From Eledone cirrhosa (lineage: Eukaryota): 64,000 nucleotides of DNA. The stretch is from positions 157,604,001 to 157,668,000 of the forward strand of contig OZ024741.1 in the NCBI GenBank assembly GCA_964016885.1, in the 5' to 3' direction. Of the stretch, positions 46,971-60,177 are shown piece after piece. Position 1 is the first letter of the stretch. Each line of letters starts with the position of its first letter. A model generated the notes under the pieces. That model had not been told where the DNA came from. It searched no databases and saw nothing but the letters and a program-made list of their open reading frames with translations. Position numbers and translations under genes: made by a program.

Positions 46971-47149
46971 TGGTCAAGCTTAATTTCTTTCTAATCTTTG
47001 TAGTTCCTCAGCGCCCAGGTCTCACTTCCATGCAACATTGCTGTTCGTATATATACATCATACAATCTGCCCTTTATTTTGAGGGAAAACCTTTTGTAAT
47101 TAACAGCAGTATAAATGACAGAGTTCATTACACAGTGTGTTTGAGAGAT

Positions 47150-47720
47150 GGGCATATTCTACATATGGCTAGTTATTCGCTGGCTGGGGTCTTACGTTTG
47201 AAAGGTATAGCCAAGAATATGGAATTTCTGGTGTGTCGGCATCTTAGTATGATTTCCAGTTTCAGGTTTATCAAGTTGGTTTTTAATTTGATAATTTTCA
47301 CAGCTTCAGCCAAGCAGAGATAACACTGTCTCTGGCCTCAATAGCAAGGCAACACGTGTTTAACAATGGTCTAGCTCATATTAAACTTGGTGCGTGTGTC
47401 CTTAAGTCTCCAAATCAAGACAGCCAGTATTGTACAGGAACATTTGTTCCTATCGTTGAAGGAATTAATGTGGTTGTAGAGGTGGGCCTTGAATGTTGTA
47501 GATGTGGCTTCAATATAAATGTGCCTTGTTTCATGGGTATCGACCACACATTTATATTTAGGGGGGGGGAATGGAAAATGGTGTGCCAGTTGAAAAGCCT
47601 GTGGTACCTAGTCTGCACATGTCTTGGATACAGTGTATTGAACCAAGTCTTGGGTACCAATTGGGGCCTGGGTCGACTGTTTTGTCATATATCCAAAGAA
47701 TTACAAACATTACCATCCTT
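47150..47720 (-). mobile_element. Degenerate Penelope GIY-YIG fragment
   Basis: Minus strand YKCVVDTHETRHIYIEATSTTFKAHLYNHINSF..LIWRLKD..CYLCLAEAVKII; same type as the element at 2684-3936. Confidence 0.7.
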
Positions 47721-48379
47721 GCCAGTATGAATATGGTCACCATATGGTCACTACTATGACCACCACCACCACCACCACCACCATCACTGTCACTGGCACC
47801 ACCTCTATTTTCTTTATTGTAATTGTTACTGCCACTGATACCACTAACACTGCCACCACCATTAATCTTATTAGTAATAGTATGAGCAGCTGTATTAACA
47901 GCAGCACCGGCAGCCATAATGATTACATCCTACTGTAGTGCTGAGTTGCCTCTGCACAGCAGATGGCTACAGAGGCCATTGCCACATCTGGTATGGTTAT
48001 GACTTCTATCCACACCACAATCCCTACAATTATGCCTCATTGAGCTAACACCATTGTGATTAATATCGCATGCAGTGTGGTTGCAGTCAACAGAAATGCA
48101 AAATGTATCGTTACGTGTGCAGACAGGTCATGACTAGTGCATATGTTGGGGTTAGGCTCAACCGATTATAAAATATATGTATATGTATACATATATATAT
48201 ATATATATATAAAGAATTAGTATATCTACCAACATATTTATACAGATGTATACTTACGCTAGCAAAGATATAGGTTTTGTCTTAGTAACTTTGTGGTTCA
48301 ATACAAAGAGATGTAGAACAATTATATAAAAGACGTAAAATAAAAAAATTATAGTAATTAACTTACTTACTTAAATTTC

Positions 48380-48461
48380 ACTCCAACTAATTAGTTTCTG
48401 AAAGGAGATATACATAGTCTTCAAATGGAGACCATGGAGAATCCTTTCTTCATCAGGGAGT
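48380..48461 (-). ncRNA. Type I hammerhead ribozyme (inverted copy)
   Basis: Reverse-complement copy of 48876-48957; stem II GAAAGGA/TCCTTTC. Confidence 0.75.
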
Positions 48462-48875
48462 CATTCTCGGCTAAGATTCCTGGCAATACGCGGACACAGG
48501 GAACTTATACAAAAATAATTCAGTGGATGGAAAAAAGCAAGCGCAGCCTAAATTCCAAGACATTGAAAATTTCACTGCCTTCCTGGTCAGTGGCAAATTC
48601 AAAAGAATCAATCACGTGACATCGAGGTTAATCAGTGTGGAGTGAGGTGTTAAAAAGACAGTAGCCAAACTAATACTATGAACCATAGTAGTAATTTAGG
48701 CAAATTTTTGCTCAACAAAATAATTTGGAGATAATTATAAAGAATTAGTATATCTACCAGCATATTTATACAGATGTATACTTACGCTAGCAAAGATATA
48801 GGTTTTGTCTTAGTAACTTTGTGGTTCAATAAGTTCCCTGTGTCCGCGTATTGCCAGGAATCTTAGCCGAGAATG

Positions 48876-48957
48876 ACTCCCTGATGAAGAAAGGATTCTC
48901 CATGGTCTCCATTTGAAGACTATGTATATCCCCTTTCAGAAACTAATTAGTTGGAGT
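48876..48957 (+). ncRNA. Type I hammerhead ribozyme
   Basis: ACTCC-CTGATGA-(GAAAGG...CCTTTC)-GAAA-CTAATTAG-TT-GGAGT. Confidence 0.75.
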
Positions 48958-49012
48958 GAAATTTAAGTAAGTTAATTACTATAATTTTCTTATTTTACGT
49001 CTTTTATATATG

Positions 49013-49059
<47 letters not shown>

Positions 49060-49252
49060 ACGTATGTATATATATATATATATATATAATATTAATTAAT
49101 TAAATGTTATTTAGTCGATAATACTTTAACATTTCAATGAGAGAAATCTTTCAGAGAAGTAATATTAAATATTAAAAGTAAGTGAGAAAAATAGTTATAC
49201 TCCCATAATACTTATGCTCCCATAATTAGAATTTTTTCTCACTATATATATC

Positions 49253-49321
<69 letters not shown>

Positions 49322-49909
49322 AGAGAGAGAGAGAAAAGAGAGAGAGTGTGAAAGATTGAGTTAGAGAGAGACATATGTTTGTGTGGGTGTATATAACTTT
49401 CATCGATATACATAAGTAAAAGGTGTAAACCCATAGCCTATAATACTGGTGTTCTTTGAGAGAAGTCATTTGTGGTATTTGTTCCACTCCAAGTTACACT
49501 CACTCCTTTGTTAATCATGCCAACAATACCATCAGAATTTGTAGCAAGACAGTGACTGATGACCTGTTAGTAACATGTAACCAATGGCAATATTGTTCAC
49601 CAATTACGATATAAAAGAAAATTTAAAAAACACGATATAAATATGTTTCTCTTTCAGTGTATGAGTTTTTTGTTTTATTTTTCTTTTGTCATATGTATTT
49701 GTTTATATTTTGCTTATATATAACTCTCACTTTCTCTGTTCTGTTAATTCAATGCTCCAGCTGAAGAAGTTATCTTCCTTCTACATAATGAGATATTTGT
49801 TTTCATCATTTCTGCTACAGTCTGAAAATAGATGCTTTCTTCAATGGGGTGGGGAACACAATCACTTATTATTATGATATGGTCGCTTTTAAACTCTGAG
49901 TGTAGAAAG

Positions 49910-50290
49910 TATTCTTCTTCTTCTTCTTCTTCTTCTTCTTCTTCTTCTTCTTCTTCTTCTTCTTCACCCACATATTCCTGGGAGGAAGAGTCTTTAAGCA
50001 TGTCTTCCAGTGGGTCCCATCAGAAGCAATTATCCCCATCAGAAGCAATTATCTCCAATTGATCTGGCTGGATCCCCAAGTGAGACCAGTTATGCTCATG
50101 GATGTTATCCAACCATCTTGCTTGGCATCTAACCCCGTTTCTCCTGCCAGTTGCTTTTGCCCATAAAATCTGTCCCGCGATTCTTTCCTGAAACATTCTA
50201 ATCACATGTCCATAGTACTAGAGCTGTGATCTCTCAATACGTAAAAGTAGCGGCTCTACCTGGAGTGACTCTCTGATCACCAAGTTATGC
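49910..50290 (-). mobile_element. RTE-like LINE 3' fragment with (GAA)n tail
   Basis: HVIRMFQERIAGQIL..ARWLDNIHE..LGIQPDQLE; related to 58050-58742. Confidence 0.65.
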
Positions 50291-51118
50291 ACACTATTGA
50301 GTAACATTACTCCCCAAACCCTTGAGAGGAGCCCCATTTTGGCCACTTGTATTCACGATCATATTCTTTGGCTCGTTACCCAAGATTCATGACCATAGGT
50401 AAAGTTTGGTTCAAATAAGTTGATCATTTTTAATTTTTTGTGGCCCTCTTCAGTCATAATGTGAGTCAGGACAGGTTCTTTTTGAGGAAGTCCAGCATGA
50501 ATGCCAGTCTCTCCTCTCTATTCTGCCAATGTTATCCAAGAGAAAGTAAAAAACTGATACAGTTTGACACTAGTGTTATTGCAGGAAAATTTAGAACACA
50601 AAGACTCAAATGGGTTACTGCAAGGCACCAAACGCAACACTAACAATTCCACTGATCCACCACCCCTGGATTTGTACTTTATTTACTGAATCCCTGAAAG
50701 GATGAAATGTACAGATGACTTTGGCAAAATTTTAACCTAGAGCTCAGAGATCTGGAACAAATACCATGAAGTATTTTAAAGGATATTCTGACAATTCCTA
50801 TTATTAATAAGAAATATATATTGACTTTGTTGTGATTTGAACACAAATATGATATTCTAACAATTCCAATTTTTGTTAATAAGAAACATATATTTAGACA
50901 GGAAGCAGTTCAGATTCCACAGCCACTGGGACAATGAAGTAAGTGTAGTTGTAAATGGATTTTAGGTGGGTCAGTGTTGATAATATATGTACTGATTCCA
51001 GATATTCGTCATGTTGATTGATGTAGTGAGAGGTGAAGAAGAGAATTCTTGAAGGTGTTACTTCATCTTACTGTAATATGAAGGATCTTACTCTCTCTCT
51101 CTCACTCTCTCTCTCTCT

Positions 51119-51189
<71 letters not shown>

Positions 51190-51688
51190 GAAACATATCT
51201 ATCTATCTATCTATCTCTTTCTCTCTTTCTATATATATATATATATTTTTTTTATTTTTAATGATCAACTTTCGTCAAATCAGACAGAGGAAACAATGTT
51301 TCCATTGGTCTTTCCAATTGCTAATACTATCTATCGGTCGCAATTCCAGGTAGAAGGAGCAACGTGAAATAAAGTGTCTTGCTCAAGGACATAACGGATT
51401 CTCTAACCAAAATATATATATATATATATATGTGTGTATAAATCAGGAAGAATTCAGTTTGAAAATGGTTAGACCATTACTCAACAGAGTACTTGATACT
51501 TGGAGTAGTAGAGTACAGCTGCGCTCTTGCCATTGCAACAGCTAGTTTCAGACTTCAAATATCAAGAGCACAGACGCTTCCGTGCGAGCGAGACATGGTC
51601 TCCCGACCATTCCTGTATCAAATGGAACAAAACCGTCTAACCCATGCTGGTGTGGAAGATGGACGTTAAATGATGATGATGATGATGA

Positions 51689-51738
<50 letters not shown>

Positions 51739-53121
51739 CTGAAGCGGGCTCTATTAGGTCCAACAATTATCAGGCAAATTTGTATCTTCTGGCATGTTTA
51801 CATGTCTACATATTGAATATGTGTGTATTTATATACACATTGGTACAGTCATAGTTACCCACTCTGTATGCATAAAGATATAACTTTATTGTACACTTCG
51901 GTTGCTAACACACTTCCTTAAATATATATATATATATATATCTTTTCCTCTGACTCAATATTTTCAGCAGACACTCATCATCTTTATCATCTTAATTCCA
52001 TCACCAGAGAACAATAACTAAGTATAATTTTGACAGCCACAAACCCTATCACCACCAATAGTCCCACCACTTCTCAATTCACTAATAACACATTTCCATT
52101 AATACTACAGCTAACAGCACCAGGAGCCTCTATGTGGTTCATGACCTACTAGAAATTGCAGCCAGTGGCCATATCAACAGGGCTGGCAGAACTATTAAGG
52201 CCAACTAGGCAGTCATATAGGGTTCAGACCTCTGAGAAGGACATTACTGAAGGATCACAGTTTATTATATAAATTTGTATAATTAAATTAAATATACATA
52301 ATAATTTTCTCTGATCAATAAATAAATCCCTCAACATTTTTGTCGCCTAGCAGTTTTTTGGACACATCCAATGTGGTGGAGAAGGAAATATGGTGTTATG
52401 TGCTGTCACATCATTTGGTATGTATTTGAACTGTATCTATATATAAATTTGAGTGACTTCCATCCATGCATCACACCATGCATGTGTGTGTGTGTGCATG
52501 TGTGTGTGTGTGTTTGTGTGTGTGTGAATGTATGTGTGTAAAAGGAAGGAAGGAGATGGTGAAAAAAACTATAGCAAAACAGCGGCTAGACTTTCTTTTG
52601 CTACGGTGTGTGTGTGTGTGTGTGTGGGTGTGTGTGTGTTTGTATAAATGTGTGTGTGTGTGTTTGTATAAATGTGTGTGTGTGTGTGTTTGTGTCAATG
52701 TATGTCTGTAAGTGTGTCTGTGTTTGCACGTTTATATTTATATACTCATACATATAAATATATGCATATGCACATACACTCATGCATACATATATACACA
52801 TAAGTGCCAGTGTGTTGCAAAAAAAATCATAGTTGTAGAAAATGGTGACTTAGTAACATTCTTAGTATAGTTAAAGTAAAATGTGTCATTAGCTAAGTTC
52901 ATTAACTTGGCAAACTGCTAAGGTGCTAAATACCCAGGTTCCAGCTCTGCATATCACCCTCAGGTTAACACTATGCAGTCTTAAATATAGATGGATACAT
53001 TGGATGATGTAATCCCTGATATACAAGACTATGAAATGGTCATGGCTGGAATCTATTTTATCATAAGTCTGCTCAATGAGAGCTGAACTCAAATTAACAA
53101 CAACTCTACACCATTATTACA

Positions 53122-53878
53122 TCCCGCCAAGGTTAACTTTACCTTTCATCCTTACGGGGTCGATAAAATAAAGTACCAGTAATGTACTTGGTAATTGCTG
53201 GCCTTGTGCCAAAAATAGAAACAATTATTACATTATTACTTGGCAGTATCGGTAGAGGGTCGGACGCCATGCTTTCCAGCATAGTTACGTCCCTTTACGA
53301 TCTGAGTTCAAATCCCGCTGAGGTTGACTTTGCCTTTCATCCTTACGGGGTCGATAAAATAAAGTACCAGTAATGCACTGGGTAATTGGTGGCCTTGTGC
53401 CTAAAGTAGAAACAATTATTATTATTATTATAGATTGGCAGTATCGGTAGAGCGTCGGAGAACATGCTTTGCGGCATAGAGTTACTGCCTCTTGCGTTTT
53501 GAGATCAAACCCTGCCGAGGTTAGCTTTGCTTTTCATCCTTACAGGGCTGATAAAATAAAGTACCAGTAACACACTGGGGTCAATTTAATTGATTTTCCC
53601 CCATCCCAAAATTGTTGGCCTTGTGCCTAAATCAAAAAATATTATTACCAATGGATTGGCGGCAGACTGGCAGTATTAGTAAAGCGTCAGATACCATGCT
53701 TTGCAGCATAGAGTTATGGCCCTTTATGTTCCGAGTTCAAATCCCGCCAAGGTTAGCTTTGCCTTTCATCCTTACAGAATCGTTAAAATATAGCACCAGT
53801 AATACACTGGGGTCAATTTAATCGACTTTCCCCTCTCCCCCAAATTGCTGGCCTTGTGCCTATAGTAGAAACAATTAT
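53122..53878 (+). mobile_element. Head-to-tail cluster of four tRNA-derived SINEs
   Basis: Units at ~53122-53227, 53240-53420, 53435-53645, 53655-53878, each followed by short ATT repeats. Confidence 0.85.
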
Positions 53879-54379
53879 TACCACAGGTATCACTGCCATC
53901 AGCACTATACCCCCAGCAATACTGTTAGCTAAAGTAGTCGAGTAGGTGTCACAACAAAAAGCTCCCAGCCCACACTGTTAAGTGGTCTTGTAAGTGTCAT
54001 GACAAAAAGCATCCAGCTATAGAAAACCAGCCAGAAACAGTCCTATATGAGCAAGACATGGTCACTCAATCCAACTTGCCACCAATGGGACAAACCTGTC
54101 TAACCCATGCTAGCATGGAAAATGGATGTTAAACGATCATGATAATGATAATGAAGATGACATCTACTTCACTACCACAAAACTAACATGACCACTACTA
54201 TACTTCTGTACCTCCACTACACCACTACCACAAAAAGTACTACAAGCACTACAAACAACACTAACACAAGCACTACTACACTAGTAGCCCCAACACAACC
54301 ACCAGCATTACTATTTACACATCCACCATGAAATTACACAGATGAACTCAACAGTGCCCACCATAATTTCCAATATCTG

Positions 54380-55735
54380 TAACACCAACACCACAACACA
54401 ACTACCACCACAACCACCACCACCACCACCACCACCACCACCACCACCACCACACCACCAACAACAACACCATCACCTCACCACCACTACAACACCACCA
54501 CCTCACCACCACACCACCACACCAACAATAACATCACTACTACCACCAACCCCACCACCTATACCACTACTAACAACACCACCATCACTACCACCGCGAT
54601 CACCACACCAACAACAACACCACGCCCACAGCAACACCACCACCTCACCACCACACCACCACACCACCAATAACATCACTACTACCACCAACCCCACCAA
54701 TAACATCACCACCACCTATACCACTACTAACAACACCACCATCACTACCACCACGATCACCACACCAACAACAACACCACACCCACAGCAACACCACCAC
54801 ACCACCAATAACATCACCACTACCACCAACCCCACCACCTATACCACTACTAATAACACCACCATCACTACCACCACAATCACCACACCCACAGCAACAC
54901 CACCACCTCACCACCACACCACCACCACACCACCAATAACATCACTACTACCACCAACCCCACCACCTATACCACTACTAATAACACCACCATCACTACC
55001 ACCACAATCACCACACCAACAACAACACCACACCCACAGCAACACCACCACCTCACCACCACACCACCACCACACCACCAATAACATCACTACTACCACC
55101 AACCCCACCACCTATACCACTACTAACAACACCACCATCACTACCACCACGATCACCACACCAACAACAACACCACACCCACAGCAACACCACCACCTCA
55201 CCACCACACCACCACCACACCACCAATAACATCACTACTACCACCAACCCCACCACCTATACCACTACTAACAACACCACCATCACTACCACCACAATCA
55301 CCATACCAACAACAACACCATACCCACAGCAACACCACCACCTCACCACCACACCACCCACACCACCAATAACATCACTACTACCACCAACCCCACCACC
55401 TATACCACTACAAACAACACCACCATCACTACCACCGCGATCACCACACCAACAACAACACCACACCCACAGCAACACCACCACCTCACCACCACACCAC
55501 CAATAACATCACCACTACCACCAACACCACCACCTATACCACTACTAACAACACCACCATCACTACCACCTCACCACCACACCACCACACCACCACACCA
55601 CCAATAACATCACCACTACCACCAACCCCACCACCTATACCACTACTAACAACAACACCACCACGACCATCATGACCACCACCACCACCACCACACCAAC
55701 AACAACAACATCACCTTACCATCACTAACAACAAC
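54380..55735. repeat. CAC/ACC-rich minisatellite (~125-145-bp imperfect units)
   Basis: Recurring CCCCACCACCTATACCACTACTAACAACACCACCATCACTACCACC. Confidence 0.9.
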
Positions 55736-55899
55736 AGCCCCAATAGGAAACAGATGTCTTATACAGGATGAGGATGGTAGCAATTTAGTTGGGTTTTTTT
55801 CACAAATAAAGAACTGCACAGCTGAATATTATTAGCAATGTCCTCACTAATCTATATGCGTATGCGTGTGTGTATTTACGAGTACACATGTATGTCTAA

Positions 55900-56631
55900 A
55901 GTCTAAAGTCTGTCTTAAGCCAAAAGGCTCATTTGGCCAATGCTTATCCCGGTTTCATGGCGTGAAGCAACTGAGAGTACAAGACTCCCCCCTGGACAGA
56001 ACGCCAGTCCATCGCAGGGTTAAACCTCCAGCTATTGCTGGTACTCATTTTCAGCTGAGTATACTGGAGCAATGTGAAATGAAGTGTTTTGCTCAAGAAC
56101 ACAACACGCAGCTCAGGAATCGAACCCACGACATTATGATCGTAAGTCCAATACTCTTACCACTAGGCCACATGCCTCCACCTATACATGTATGTATATG
56201 TATATATGCATGTATGTGTATATGTGTATATGTGTATGTATGTGTATGTATATGTGTATGTATATGTCATATGTGTATGTATATGTGTATCATCATCATC
56301 ATCATTTCATTTTACGTCCGCTTTTCCCTGCTTGCAAGGGTGGGACGGGAACTTTTCTGGCTTGATTTCTACAGCTGGATGCCCTTCCTAACACCAACCT
56401 CATTTACAGTGAGTGCTGGGTGCTTTTTTGCCGTGGCACCTCCATGACCACTTTGCAGTGGAATGATATGGACCCCAGTCCCTATCATCTCATTTCTACA
56501 GCTGAGTAAACTGGAGCAATGTGAAATAAAGTGTCTTGCTCAAGGAAACAACACATCACCCAGTCTGAGAATTGAACTCACAACCTTTCGATTGCAAGCC
56601 CAATGCTCTAACCACTAAGCTATGAGCCTCC
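55900..56631 (-). mobile_element. Second tRNA-derived SINE family, two copies (~55900-56180, ~56490-56631); related fragments at 11790-12000, 57120-57400, 58830-59030
   Basis: Shared GGAGCAATGTGAAAT(A/G)AAGTGT(C/T)TTGCTCAAG. Confidence 0.65.
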
Positions 56632-58049
56632 ATGTATATGTATATATGTATGTATATGTATATATGTGTATGTATGTATCTGTATGTATATGTATATGTC
56701 ATATGTGTATGTATATATGTATGTGTATATGTGTATGTATGTATCTGTATGTATCTGTATGTATATGTATATGTCACATGTGTATGTATATATGTATAGG
56801 TATATGTGTGTATATATATATATATGTATACATCATCATCATCACCGTTTTACATCCATTTTTACAAGTTAGCATAGGTTAGATGAGTTGTCCTGTCGTG
56901 GACAATGCTAGGTCAGGTGACCATCTCCTGCTCATACAGAGCTGATCTTGGCCTAGTTTCTACAGCTGGATGCCCTTCCTAATGTCAACCTCATTTACAG
57001 TGAGTACTGGTGCTTTTTGTTGTGACATCTACACAACCTTTTTACAGTGTGGACTGGGTGCTTTTTGTTGTGACACCTATATGACATGTATATATATATA
57101 TATGACTGTGTGTGTATGTGGACATGGGCATGGTGGAATGGTTAAGAAGCTTGCTTCACAATCATACAGTCTGGAGTTTTAAAGCCATTGCGTTGCATCT
57201 TGGGTCAGCGTCTTTACCATAGCTTCAGATTGACCAAAGCTTTGTGAGTGAAACTGGCTTGATGGAAACTGTCTACAATTGGGTGAACTGCACTTGTCAT
57301 TCAAAGGGCCAGCCTTGTCACACCCTCTGTTATGTCCATTCTTCCTGAGAATTATATTATAAGGACACATGTCTGTGGAATACTCAACCACCTCTTACAT
57401 ATTAATTTGTAAACTAAATGTTTGAACCACTGAATGGTTATTGCCTAAACTGACTGAGAATCCGTCATCAATGTGCTATGTGTATATGTAAGCAAGTAGA
57501 GACACGTAACTCCTAGTGAAGTCATAGAGGGACTGTAGTGGCATATAGCATGTCTTAAGCATTTTAAACCTAGTGAAGCAATCTTTTCTCCAGGTCTGAA
57601 CTCAGTTGATTTCTTCCGAAGTAGGATAGAGAAAACGATATAGTTGGAGACTCGAACCTGCACAGGACTTATTTTTTTTATCAACTTTAGAGAGATTCAA
57701 ACTCAAAGTGCAAAGAGCTGAGACAAATAGCAGAAAGCTGGAACAAATACCAGAGAGCATTCTATTTTATGTTCTAATGACTTTCCCAATTCACCATCTA
57801 CATTGAATAGACACTCATTTCACAACCTCATTGTTCTAAGTTCAATACCACTGTATCTTGAGCAGACCTCTTCTACAACTGTAGTTTACGGTTGTATATT
57901 GTTTTAGCAACAACTTCATACCACAGAGGAATGTAAACACCTTTAATTACAAATTGGGCAGCAGATGATTCCATGTGTAAAAGTGTCCTTGAAATATGAC
58001 AAAATTTATATTTTCTATTGCTAAGTGTCTGACAAAGAGTTGTAAGGAG

Positions 58050-58742
58050 ATTGTCAAATCCAAGAGAGCTGATGAACAGTATGGTTTAGTCTTGCTTTGC
58101 AGATCTTGAAAAGGCATACAGCCATGCAGGTGAAGAAGTTCAAGTATCTCAGGGCTGTGTTCATGAGTGATGGAAGGCAAGAGGCTGAATTAAGTGCAAG
58201 AATTGCCAGAGTTGGAACAGTAATGTGCTAGCTTTGACATTCAGTAATCAGAAGAAAGGAGGTAGGTGTAAAAGCCAAACTCACTATCTTAAAATTGACA
58301 TTTGTTCCCTTACCTGTGATCAGGAATCTTGGGTAATGACCGAGTGAATACAATGGTGAATACAAGCAGTTGAAATGGGGTTCCTCAAAAGGGTTTTGGG
58401 AGTAATGTTACTCAATAGAGTGTGTAGCTCAGAGATCAGAGAGTTGTTCCAGGTAGAGTTACTACTTCTCCGAATTGTGAGATCACAGCTCTGATATTAT
58501 GAGCACGTGGTTAGAATATCTCAGGAAAGAATCCCTGGACAGATTTTACAGACAAAACCAATTGGTAGGAGACCCAAAGGTAAACCCTAAACAAAATGGT
58601 TGGATAATATCCATGAGCTCAGTTGGTCTCGCATGGAAATCCAGCTAGATCAATTGGAGAAAGTTGCTTCTGACAGGACCTGGTGGAAGGAGTGTTTGAG
58701 GTCTCTGTCCTAACAATCCTTTCAGAAATATGTGAGTGAAGA
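58050..58742 (+). mobile_element. Degenerate RTE-clade LINE 3' part
   Basis: VKKFKYLRAVFMSDGRQEAELSARIA..IQAVEMGFLKRV..GRRPKG..WLDNIHE. Confidence 0.75.
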
Positions 58743-59566
58743 TCTTGAGAGTTTTGTTCATTGTTTGTGTGTAATAGTGTTGGACCTGCTCATGAAATTA
58801 ACAAACAAGTAATTAAGGTTTCCACTGATAATGTACCCTTAATGTAATTCTCAGAGAGATTCAGCCAGGCACACGCTGTGACAAAGCAAGTCCTTTGAAT
58901 TACAGGTACAACTTATTTTTTTTTAGCTGAATGGACTGGAGCAATGTGAAATAAAGTGTCTTGCTCAACATGATGCCAACCTTATGATTGTGAACTGAAT
59001 ATCCTAAACACTCAGCAATCTGCCTTTATTGTTCAGTAGGTATTTTGTAGCCATTTCCTGCTCTAGCACTGCAAAAATATTATCTTCAAATTGTGAGGTG
59101 ATGTAATGTTCAACAACCACAACAACCATAGGCAGTACCATAACCAACGAGGGTTATCCGAGGCGTGTTTATTGCTAGTTGAAAACTATAAACTATACCA
59201 ACAGCAGTAACAGCAACAGTAACAACAACCACAACATCTAGAAGAAGAAGAAGAAGAACTTATTTGGTGTAAGTTTTCACTTGTGCATAGATTAAGCAAC
59301 CAAGTAAATATTTGTAGATCAGGTCAGTGACTAGTATAAATGCTGCTAGATGTAGCAGCTATATATCTTGTCTATCAACCCAATAATAAAGGAGTTGCAA
59401 ATATCAAATAGAAAGTTATTTGTCCTTGATGTACAGAAAATCTCAATAAATGATAGCTAAAAATATCACTTGGAGAATTATGTAAGCATATATAGAATAA
59501 TTTATACAAAATTGTTGACATTCTCTGTTTACTAACTGGTAAATATTGATTTATACTTCCAAAGAA

Positions 59567-59635
59567 TATCATCTGATGAAGCTGAGTTTTTCAATGTTAG
59601 TCCATGTCTTATCAGTGGAAACTGCAGTAATGGTG
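59567..59635 (+). ncRNA. Type I hammerhead ribozyme with no adjacent recognisable ORF
   Basis: TATCAT-CTGATGA-(GCTGA...TCAGT)-GAAA-CTGCAG-TA-ATGGTG. Confidence 0.65.
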
Positions 59636-60177
59636 AGATTAATGGTAGAGCAGGCTTATTTTAGGTTTCTCTACTAGGAATCTGCCTATAACTGACTTTG
59701 TATAAGTTATTCTATCTCATCATCATTGTCGATTAACGTCCATCTTCCACTCTAGCATGGGTTAGACGGGTTCTATTTTGAGGAAGTTGTGTCGGGTGAC
59801 CGTATCTCGCTCAAATATGGCTGGTTTTCTACTACAGCTGGATGCCCTTCCTAATCCCAACCACATTTACAGTGTATATATATATTTATGTTTTGTGGTT
59901 CACCAATGGATAGAACTGGTCATTCCATTTAGTTGACCATGAGGTAATAGTAGGAAAAGCACTCTACATTATGCAACTCATTCATCATTGATGTTGAATC
60001 CCATGGCTGGTGCAGAAACAGAGTTAAATATTAATTTGAGTAAAATAACAGGAGACCATTAAAATATATATACTATTTTTTTACAAAAATAAAACTTTAA
60101 AGAGATATCACCGGTCCGGCCTCCTGTTATTTTAAATAAATTAATTTATATATGTGTGTGTGTATGTGTGTGTGTGG

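Larger units (their letters stand above)
48208..49010. repeat. Nested direct plus inverted duplication of a Penelope pLTR-like sequence between (TA)n tracts
   Basis: 48208-48303 is repeated directly at 48737-48832; 48323-48508 is inverted at 48829-49010. Confidence 0.88.

Noticed and set aside
47558-47917. Gly/Ser-rich 119-aa minus-strand ORF
   Set aside because: Low complexity, with an in-frame stop just upstream, and it runs into a decayed Penelope fragment
49504-49563. Possible 60-nt minus-strand exon (VISHCLATNSDGIVGMINKG, GTGAGT donor)
   Set aside because: No polypyrimidine tract and no recognisable protein
54342-55484. 295-aa mucin-like Thr/Pro/His ORF
   Set aside because: CAC-rich minisatellite with shifting frames and no unique domain
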